From a virus (taxonomy: Duplodnaviria > Caudoviricetes), in IMG/VR virus record IMGVR_UViG_3300035135_001487, positions 1 through 47,704 of that record: a stretch of DNA of 47,704 nucleotides, one strand, 5' to 3'. A program made the position numbers and the translations under genes. Each line of letters opens with the position of its first letter. Positions within the stretch are counted from its first letter, which is position 1. Below the pieces are notes generated by a model. That model ran no database searches. It saw nothing but the letters and a program-made list of their open reading frames with translations, and was not told the origin of the DNA. Of the stretch, positions 25,725 through 35,500 are shown in pieces.

Positions 25725-27100
25725 TAGTCGTAAAACCTCATTCTAATAAATGCACCAAATGATGGAAGACCCAACGGATTCATAGTACTAGCAGGAATAG
25801 TCAAACTTGATGAATATTGTGGCGACACTGTAAATCCAGTATAAGTTATCGTAGTAAACGAAGTATTAGCAGCTGTATAAGCTGGGCCAGGACTTGTCAT
25901 AGTTCCCCTTCCTATTTCAATTTTAGTTACAGTAGAAAATAACTGTTTGCCAGGATAATTATCAATTGGAGTAGGCCCAGTAGGCGTTGAGAATCCTGAT
26001 ACTTGGAAGAACCAATTCGGGTTTGATGGCCCTGCTTGATAAAGGAACAATATCGATATACCCGGCCCGCCTGGGTTCGAAAAAGGCAAATAGGCATACG
26101 GAAATGTACTGGTATTAATTGGAGAAGCAATTGGATGTCCCGCTGCTGGTGAACCAATCGGATTACCCACAGCAATACTGATACCACTAGAATAACCAAA
26201 GTATGGATATGTATAACTTGGATATGGCCCAACGAAGAAATATGCTGTTCCCAGTAATCTATCATAAGTATATGTTGAAGGTTGAGGCGTTCTATAAGGA
26301 ATAGGTTCTTGACCTGTTACAGGTGTTCGATAAGGTACTTGAGTTCTACCTATCAATGGAACATCAATTGGGCCTCTAACTGCATTCTGATACGCAACTT
26401 GATATGTAAATGGATATGAAACCTGATAACTCGCATTCACTTCTGAAGGTGTAGTTCCTATAGCAGGGTGTCTATAAGAAGCAGGTTGTTGTGCAATATT
26501 TTGTGTATTTACAATATACGGTGCTGGTTGTCTAGCAGTATGTTGATACGTTGTTTGTTTGTTTGCAGTGTACGGATACGGTTGCTGAGCATTAGCAGGA
26601 TAAGGACTTCTTCCTTGTCTTGCATATGTAAATGGATTCTGATACGACTCTTGTCTAGTATAAGGCAATTGACCTTGTCTTTCATATGTGAAAGGAATCT
26701 GATGCTGATATGTCGCAGGCGTTCTACCTTGTCTTGAATAAGTAAAAGGTGTTCGTCCTTGTCTTGCATAGGTCGCTGGTTGTCTTGCTTGTGCGATATA
26801 AGGCGATTGTGCGTCAGCAATGTACGGATACGGATTTTGTGCATTTGCAATATAAGGATAATTTGCGTTTGCGATATACGGATATGGTTGCTGTGCGTTT
26901 GCTATGTAAGGACTCTGAGCGTTTACGGGATTTTGGTAAATACTCGGTTGTTGATTGTTGTAAGTAAATGGAGTCTGAGAACTAGCAATCGCCTGTCTTG
27001 GTTGCTGAGCGTTTACAGGTGTTCTACCGTTTGCAGGAGCTGTACCTTGGTAGGGTTGCTGGAACGTAGTTCCAATATTTACATAGATTTCATCAGCCAT
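25724..27100 (-). CDS. Repeat-stalk protein (458 aa): 266-aa array plus 179-aa head
   Basis: Same unit vocabulary as the 605/420 pair; head begins TYTYD...AYFFV..YPSYTYPYFGYSSGI. Confidence 0.9.
   Translation of the reverse strand: MADEIYVNIGTTFQQPYQGTAPANGRTPVNAQQPRQAIASSQTPFTYNNQQPSIYQNPVNAQSPYIANAQQPYPYIANANYPYIANAQNPYPYIADAQSPYIAQARQPATYARQGRTPFTYSRQGRTPATYQHQIPFTYERQGQLPYTRQESYQNPFTYARQGRSPYPANAQQPYPYTANKQTTYQHTARQPAPYIVNTQNIAQQPASYRHPAIGTTPSEVNASYQVSYPFTYQVAYQNAVRGPIDVPLIGRTQVPYRTPVTGQEPIPYRTPQPSTYTYDRLLGTAYFFVGPYPSYTYPYFGYSSGISIAVGNPIGSPAAGHPIASPINTSTFPYAYLPFSNPGGPGISILFLYQAGPSNPNWFFQVSGFSTPTGPTPIDNYPGKQLFSTVTKIEIGRGTMTSPGPAYTAANTSFTTITYTGFTVSPQYSSSLTIPASTMNPLGLPSFGAFIRMRFYD
26145..26224. 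repeat. 80-bp direct repeat, copy 2 (copy 1 at 16201-16280)
   Basis: 77/80 identical. Confidence 0.93.
26264..27061 (-). repeat. Coding repeat array, 31 units, 266 aa
   Basis: Hand parse; unit sum equals aa 14-279. Confidence 0.8.
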
Positions 27101-27101
27101 A

Positions 27102-29333
27102 TCATACTACTAACCATAAATGACCAGTAGATGTACTACCTACACTCGAAGGTGCAGATGATGTTATTTCGTAGTCTAGTTCTACATTGTTAGTACTGGT
27201 GTTCACGGTTACTCCATTTTGTGCGAGAACTTCTGCTGTTATTTCACCATCCAATGCAGTATCAGAACCACCATCGGGATTATCAGCATAAGTTAATTTA
27301 ATACCTTTATAGGATTCTGTATCTCCATTACTACCTAACTTAAAGATATCAGCGACCCTATCGTCTGTAAAGTATTTATTGTTACCCTCAGTAGTTGAAT
27401 CTGTTGTTGTACTTTGGTTAACAGGAACCCAGTTAGAACCATCCCATCCTAATACTTTACCAATTGCATTTCCTGTTACATCAACGTTACCGATGTCATC
27501 TAAGTCAGCAGCACCGATTCTTAAGTCTGCTCTTGCATCTGCTCTTGCATTTGTAAAGAATAAGTTAGACCCCTCGGTGATATTACCCGAGTCTCCACCT
27601 AACTCACTTAAATGGTCTTTACTTGCAACTTGTGAATCAACGTATGCTTTTACTGATTGTTGTGTTGGTACTAAACTAGCACTATTACTAGCCATGTTGT
27701 CTTCATCTACGAATGCAGTGATTGATATACTACCATCTGATAAAGTTTCAAACGATGTAGTACCTGTTAAACTTGCATTAGCGAGAGGTGCTTTCAGATT
27801 AAGTTGAGATTGGATGTTTGATGTTACACCATCCAAGTAATCGAATTCTGTTGATGTTACACCAGTTGCTCTCAAGTCTTTTGCATAGTTAAGGTCTGCT
27901 ACGACACCAGTGAATCCATCGAGTTTGTTAAGTTCTGCAGTGGTTGATGTAATACCATCTAATGTGTCAAACTCTGATGCAGTTACACCTGTATCGTATA
28001 ATGATTTTGCATAATTAAGTTCTGTTGCAGAACCAGTATATCCATCTAGTTTGTTTATTTCAGCAGCAGTAGAAGTAACTGTAGTTCCGTTAATAGACAA
28101 TGTATCAACTTCTGCTGTACCGTCAATATAGAGATTTCTCCATTGTTTGCCATCACTACCTAGGTCATAAGTATTTGATGCGTTAGGTAAGATGTGTGAA
28201 TGTATATCAGCACCAAAAGAAACACTATCAGTATCTTGGTTACCTAGTGTTAGGTTACCATTAATTGTTGCGTTACCGTGAACTGTTAGGTTAGTAGAAA
28301 TATCTACACTACCATTTAAGTCTAGGTCACCATCGATTGTTGTTCCGTTTAATGTGGTTGCACCATCAACGTTTAGATGGTCAAGTTCTGTAGTTCCATC
28401 GACATCTAGGTTACCGTGTACAGTTGCATTTGTTGATACATCGACACTACCGTTTAGGTCTAGGTCACCATCTATGGTTGTACCATTCAGTGTGGTTGCA
28501 GAATCTACGTTTAGAGTTCCATCGATATCAACATTACCGTTAGCATTGATGTGACCATCTGAAGTAATCGATACTCCTGTTGAACCGAATCCACCACCAA
28601 CGTCTAGGTTACCAACGTTGAAGTCACTACTAAATGTACCAGTGACACCACCTGTAATATTACCTTGATTGATTGAAAGTGTATTATCTGTAATAGTTGG
28701 TGCTGTCAATGTCTGACCAGTGTCTAACTTGACGTTACCTTGTGAGAATGTATCACCTGCTAATTCGATATCAAAGTTACTGACATCTGTTAATACTGTT
28801 GTTCTATCTGTACCACTACCATTAATAATAACACCGTTATCGTTTGTGTTGTAAATTGTTTGAGCAGCAGTTTGTGTGAAGAAACCTGATGCGGCTCCAG
28901 TGTCAACTACACCTAAGTACGAACCAGTGTATGCATATACAGTAACTACATCACTGTTGTTTAATGCTGATGAGAATGTAATAGAACTATAAGTTTGTGG
29001 ACTTACAACTCCGAATCCACCAATAGAGAAATCTGTATCTCTGATTTGGTGAACACCATTCACATATACTTGGAATCTTTTTGTTCTGTAACTTAAGAGA
29101 TTACCGAAATTATCGTTACCTGAAAATACAGTGTTACCACTAGCACCATCTGAACCATCAAAAACGAATTCTTGGAAGAAGAATGATTTATCTTCTAGAC
29201 TATTAACTGCATCGACAAGAGTTTCTTGATTCTCTGTTCTTAAACCGCTAATGTCACCGACATCGTTTGCTAGGTCGTTGTAACGATTTCTAAATTGTTC
29301 TATAGTTGAAAACTGGTCTACGGTCTTAGGCAT
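27102..29333 (-). CDS. Tail fibre-like protein (743 aa)
   Basis: N-terminal TIEQFRNRYNDL; repeats TTLNGTTIDGDLDLNGSVD and STxAELNKLDG; DEDNMAS..QQSVKAYVDSQV; C-terminal GHLWLVV. Confidence 0.85.
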   Translation of the reverse strand: MPKTVDQFSTIEQFRNRYNDLANDVGDISGLRTENQETLVDAVNSLEDKSFFFQEFVFDGSDGASGNTVFSGNDNFGNLLSYRTKRFQVYVNGVHQIRDTDFSIGGFGVVSPQTYSSITFSSALNNSDVVTVYAYTGSYLGVVDTGAASGFFTQTAAQTIYNTNDNGVIINGSGTDRTTVLTDVSNFDIELAGDTFSQGNVKLDTGQTLTAPTITDNTLSINQGNITGGVTGTFSSDFNVGNLDVGGGFGSTGVSITSDGHINANGNVDIDGTLNVDSATTLNGTTIDGDLDLNGSVDVSTNATVHGNLDVDGTTELDHLNVDGATTLNGTTIDGDLDLNGSVDISTNLTVHGNATINGNLTLGNQDTDSVSFGADIHSHILPNASNTYDLGSDGKQWRNLYIDGTAEVDTLSINGTTVTSTAAEINKLDGYTGSATELNYAKSLYDTGVTASEFDTLDGITSTTAELNKLDGFTGVVADLNYAKDLRATGVTSTEFDYLDGVTSNIQSQLNLKAPLANASLTGTTSFETLSDGSISITAFVDEDNMASNSASLVPTQQSVKAYVDSQVASKDHLSELGGDSGNITEGSNLFFTNARADARADLRIGAADLDDIGNVDVTGNAIGKVLGWDGSNWVPVNQSTTTDSTTEGNNKYFTDDRVADIFKLGSNGDTESYKGIKLTYADNPDGGSDTALDGEITAEVLAQNGVTVNTSTNNVELDYEITSSAPSSVGSTSTGHLWLVV

Positions 29334-29556
29334 TTATTTTCTCTAATATCTCTTTAAGTAAAAACTTTACGTCTTGTACCTCATCTCTTAAACTATTTAT
29401 TTCATTTCTCTGAGATAAGAACATTTCTTTTCTTCTTTTCTGTAATCTCCATGCTTGTATATCAGTTGATACAATAGCAGTAGAATTTTCATCTCTAACT
29501 AAAGAAGTGTGTCCTTCTACTTTAACATACTCTGACATTATGCAAGTCCTAGACAT
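29326..29556 (-). CDS. Small coiled-coil protein following the VrlC-like gene; probable start 29538 (MSEYVKVEG)
   Basis: KVEGHxxLVRDxxSxAIV plus coiled coil; the ATG at 29538 overlaps the upstream stop (TAATG). Confidence 0.75.
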   Translation of the reverse strand: MSRTCIMSEYVKVEGHTSLVRDENSTAIVSTDIQAWRLQKRRKEMFLSQRNEINSLRDEVQDVKFLLKEILEKINA

Positions 29557-32500
29557 CTTAATGCAGACACCATTGGGACTACAGATGTGTTTGTTCCTTT
29601 ACCTACAATCTTAACTGCAAATGCTGTGAACTCAGGCAAGTCTTCTACAGTAAATTCGTACTCTTTGAAGTTCCTTGCATCTGCTTCTATTGTTGCATCG
29701 GGTGAACCATCGGTATTGAAGTATTTCCAATCTACATCATCGAAAGATGTTGAAATATCATTTTCCAATACTTTATACATAAACTCCACTTCTGTTGTAG
29801 GTGGTCTGAATACATCTGCAATCACTTTAATAGATGTAGCAGGTGTCTTCAAGTTTACTTTTCTTGTACAGTAGATATATGCGTTGTTGTCACCATCTGC
29901 TTCTGTAGATGGGACATACGTTGTACCTGTTGGTACGTCACTTGAACTACTGATACTGTTAATTCTGTTACCAACTGCAATAGCACCGATTGTACCTATG
30001 TCAATCACTGGTGATACGTTTGGATTCATTGTCATCAACTGTAATGTTGTTGTGAATGATTTCTCTGATTGCAATAGATGTGATGCACCTTCATTAGTAG
30101 CTGATGCAACTATATGTGGTGAACTAAAGAATACATTATCATTTAGTGTGATAAATTCATTACTTGTTCTCTTACTATATGCAGTTCTATCTGAATATCC
30201 TTCAGGCGAATTCATTGGTGTTTGTAATACACTCGCACTAATTCTAGTATTTGCAAAAGTGATGTTCGGAATCATTGTGTGTAGTGTATCATAATAATAG
30301 TTTCTTGAACATGTTGCATTTGCACCACCACCTAATACGTCATCGTTAGCAGTATAAGATGAATCTAAACTGTAAGATGTTAAGTCGGGGGTCACGGTGA
30401 ATGAATCCATCTCTATATTATCGATGTTTGTTCCTGAACCAGTAAATGAAGCGTTAATCGCTGCTACAGGGATACCACCAAGTGTATCACCTACACTCGT
30501 TACTGTAATTGATAAGTCTGCAGTTCCACCATCGAAGTTTGCATATGTTAATGAATCTGATTGTGCGTATCCTGAGCCTGGGTCTGTAATGGTTGCTTCG
30601 ACATCTGAACCACTGTTCGAAACTACAACTTTTACAGTTACACCTGAACCACTTCCACCTGACATTGATAAATTGTAAGTACCATCGTTTGGTGTCTCAC
30701 TTACACTAGGTGTTCCAATTCCTAATACACCGTTTAATTTATCTCCAGTTACACCAGCGATTACAACTTGTGAACTGTTGGTGTACATTCCATGGAAATA
30801 GTTATATACTTTTACATATGTTTGTCCATTAAATGTTTCAATTGGGTTGTCTTGTAGTTCGGAAACAGGTAATGAAGCATTCGAAAACTTGAGTACAGGT
30901 TTCTTTCTTGTGTCAAAGTTTGCTATCTTCATGTGGAACTTGAGGTCGTCTTCCTGAGTTGCTGTCCATGTAGAAGCGTTCTGAGATAGGAATAACGAAC
31001 CAGCATATGGTTGTCCTGAAATTGTTTGTTGTGTTTTAAGGTCTTTCTCACCCATTCTAGAAATCCAACACTCATAGTTGTTTGAGTTTGAATATACCAC
31101 AAAACAATACTCATGATTCTCTTCTAAGTAGACTGGTGAATCAAATGTGAATGTAGTTGCAACTGAACCATCAGCAGAGGTATTGACATCTGCTGGATTT
31201 TTTGTTACAGTAGAGAAAGGAAGAACTGTTTGGCCTGGATAACCATTTACCATATTTCTAATTTCTACTGATACTGGTAGTGAACCATCCTTTGCTTGGA
31301 AGAATACATCTAAGGATGTCATGAACATACCACCACTCTTGTCAACAAGGAATGATTGTGCTAATGGGTCACCCCACCCTCTAGGCATGAATCCCCTACG
31401 TGGGAAGTCATCAATTCTCAAGTCCCTATTAAACAAGTCGGGAATTGGAGAAGGTTCTGGCGCCACAAACACTGGTGGTACAGGTTCGGGTATCGGTAGA
31501 GGTGGTAATGGAGGCGGAACCACTATCGGTGTAGCGATAGGGGGTAACCTCAATGGAATTGTATCAATTGGGAAACCTATGTTAATTGGTGGTAACTCGG
31601 GAATCGGTACTTCTTGTGGTGGTAATTCGGGTGCAATTGTATCAAACTGTTGTGCGTTAGTTCTTTCACCACTTCTGATAAAATCTCTTTGTCCTGAAAC
31701 CCTTTCCATGATAACTCTACCATTTCTAGTAGACACCACTTCAGTTTGGTTTGATTGTAATAAACCTTGCGCCTGATATGTACCAGTTGCTTGTGAATTT
31801 GGATTCGACAAGTCATAGTAACTTGATGTAATTCTTAATTCTCTAGCACCAGTTGCAAATCTTTGTGCATTATTGTTTGGTAACTCGAAGTATGCTCTTA
31901 GTCTACCATTACCATCTGACTTGAGACCTGAAGATACAGTCACCCCACCATCTTGTGAATAGGATGCATTAAATGGTCTTACATATTGGTCAACTCTGAT
32001 TCCATCAAAGAAGAAGTAATGGTTTGAACCTGGCTTGAGGTTTGTTGCATCGACTTCAATTGTTCTCGCCCTCATGAACGGAATGATTGATACGGATACA
32101 ACTCTATCATTTCTTGTTTCTACAAAGTCTTCTACAACACTTGTTGTTACACCTGTTCTTGTTTGTGTTTCTACAGTTTCAGTTACTTCTCTAGTTACCT
32201 GAAGACCTGATACCCATTCACCACCTTGTGCTGGGTCTCCACTCCAAGAACCATTAGAAGTTGCTTGTACTTCTGTTGATACTACGTTAGGTTCACCGAC
32301 CCATGTTGTTTGCCATGCATTCCATACAGTACCTAGTGAGTTTGCATTCTCAGCGAGAACTGCATCGAAGTTACCTTCTCTATTGATTCTAACTTCGGGT
32401 AATTGTTCTGTATCTTGCCATATATCTGTTTCGGGTGTTAATTTAACAGAACCGAAGAAGTTAAACACATGGTAGGGGTTAACATTAATATGTCTTGATG

Positions 32501-35500
32501 CTTTATCTTGATTTACATATGTTACTTGGTCATATGGTACAGTAATCAAATCACCAGTCTTTTGGAAGTTTGATGATAATGCAGACTCAAAATCAATGTC
32601 AAAGAATTGTGAATATGATTTTGGTCTCATTGCACCTAGTTTTGAATCGATAGAAATCTGATAGTCGGGATGGTTTACATCACCAACTCTATGTCCTCTG
32701 AAATTATCTACGAGGAATCCTGACTTGAATCTATCGAATCCGTCAGCATCTAAAATCTGTTTTGTTTGAGTGTCTCTTTCTAATAATGATAGAGATGTGA
32801 TTCTTTCTAAGTTTGTGACACGGTTATTAATCTTACCGATGTCTTTCATAGTGAATCGTCTATGGTCTTGAGACCTAACTCTGAGTTCTTTTAACTTGTT
32901 TGTGTAAGCAGGAATCTGCAATTCAAATAATTCAATTGCATCGTCAACTGCTGATGGTTTAGTTGGTGTTAATGATGGAATACCACTTGATACTTGGAAA
33001 CCACCATCTTTATGCAAGAATACTTTATCAATTCTTCCAACATAGAAACTTATATCACCTACGATACTACTTCCAGGCACTGGAGTGTCTTGTGCAACAG
33101 CACCATTTGAACCTGAGAAATCTCTACTCTCATATTTGAAAGGAGATGCAGTAATACCTGAACTATTATTTGATATATCAACTGGTGAAGTTGGAGTCAT
33201 AGTCGCTGATTCAAAACCTGAAGTTCCAATCAAGTCTGCAACTACTGGTCTACAGTCAACTGCATCTGATAACTCGAATGTTCCATCGGGTTCTAATCCA
33301 CCTAAGTCTACTCTGTTTGGAGAGTATACTGGGATATCACCATAATCGATTGATGAATATGATTCAACATCAAAGTAATCACCAGCACTAGATGTAAAGT
33401 AATCAAATAAAATTAACAGTTTACCTGTTGGTGTTGGGACACCATTCTTTCTGACTAACTTACATAAGTCGTAGTAACCATCTCTCTGACCATCGTCAAA
33501 GGTAAAGTTGTTTTTGATATTTGGTGAACCTGCTGATATATTTGAAATTGTGTAAACACCAGCATTGTCTTCACCCACTAGTGATTCACCATCTACAAAA
33601 GTTCCACTAATGTAGTAATAGTAATGTGTTGAACCACCTGCTGTAATTAATCTAGCTCTTGCACCTGAAGTTTGTCCCTTTACAATCTCATGAACTGAGA
33701 AAGAACCTGACACTTGAGTGAAGGTTGCGTTTGCTGGTAGTGGGTCAGCACCACCTACACCTTCATATACTCCGTGAATTTTAAATACGTCTGCAACACC
33801 CAATGATATGTCTTTATCATCGTATGCAGTTCCGTAGAATCCACCAGCACTTCTCGCACTTCCTACTTGTAATAATCTTGATTTGTTAAGTGTCTTTTGT
33901 CTAGATGTTTGGTTTGATAAACTTGTAGTATTCTTCTGTACTGTATAAGATACAAGTAGTTTTGCATCGTTATTATTGTTAGGTACTGTTAGTGATAATG
34001 TCTGACCACTTCCTGAGTTCGCTGGATTACCACTTAGTGTGGTAACATCGATTAAGTCTCCAACTGAGAAAGAAGTTCCAGCAGTATTACCACTATCTTG
34101 ATAGATACATGCAATATTAAAGTTATCTGTACTTCTATCACCAAAGGTTGCGTTATCTCCAGTTTCTAGTGCGATAGCATTAGATGTAACAGTAACAATC
34201 TCTTGTCTCTTAACTGTTACAAAATCACCTGAGTGTGTTGCAACATAGTCTCTAGGCCATGCAAAGATAGATGCAGTTTGGTCTTGGTCAAATAATCTTG
34301 CACGTCTTCTGACAACGTTACCAGTGAAACTAGCAGCACCGTTTGCTGTGAGTTCTAATTCTGTATCGTTAGTGACCGATGATACTATTCTAACATTACC
34401 AGCACCATCAACTAATTGGTCACCTTCTTTTAATTCTTTTGTAAACTGAGTTGCGAAACCTGTAACAGTTGGGTCTGAACTTGTAAAGGTTAACTGACCT
34501 GTTAATACTTTATCAGAATCTAGATAGATGTCTGCAGTAAAGTCTGCGTTTGAATTTGATGTAGCATTTTGTGCGACACCTCTAGCACGGTCTAAATTAT
34601 AATTTCTAACTGCAGTTAGTGTTGTTGTTCCTGAAGTCGCACCTTGTGTTGTGATTGTATCGTTAACACCAAAAGTACCCACTACATCATACACTAATAC
34701 TGTTGAACCACTGTTTACTGTTTCTGCAATGATACCTGTTGCACCTGAACTACTTACGAGTTTATCACCAGCAGTAAATGTTCCACTTACTGTTCCTGAT
34801 AATTTTGTAAACATCTTGATATCAAATAGATAGATATTAAAGATTGAAGTGTCATTAAAGACACCACTGTTTACTGTTCCTGATTGTAAGTCTACACTTC
34901 TTGCACGTGCAATACCGATACGTCCACTTGTTGGGACTGTACCTGCTGAAGGTGTAGAATCTAATAGATAGATTTCGTTGTGTGGTGTTGGGCCTGTCTC
35001 ATTACCAAACTCGGGGAATGAGTGTGTGTTAAAAACTCTTAATTTATTACCTAATCTTACAGGTGTATTTGTGTTTGCAAGTGATTGTGTTGTTCTAGCC
35101 TTTGGAATTGGTATGTTAGTTGTTCCAACTTTATCAATTTCATAACCTCTAACATATGCTTTACCAGGCGACACTTGGAACATAAACTTAGTTGCATCAC
35201 CACCATTATCAGCAGGATAAAAACCTCTGTTATCGTTTAAGTCTAAGTGTTCTCTTAATGAATGTGTAAATTGTCTTAATACAAAATCACCATTAGCATC
35301 GAATGTTCTTCTTGCAAGTGTGTTTTCGATTTCTGAATATCTTGGTTTGGTGATTTTGATTTCGATGATACCTTTGTTGACTCTTACAAGTTCTACAAAG
35401 TCTGTATCTTCTGTTGAATCCAATGCATACTTAGATAGAACGAGTTCCATCTTAAGTCTATCAGCACCAGCAGCATTCTCGTTTGTTGTACCCTGAGAAT

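Noticed and set aside
16201-26224. 80-bp repeat as a diversity-generating retroelement TR/VR pair (all 3 mismatches are A in the 26145 copy on the coding strand)
   Set aside because: Only three sites, flanking mismatches are not A-specific, most adenines are unchanged, both copies are coding and mid-gene, and no reverse transcriptase is in the window.
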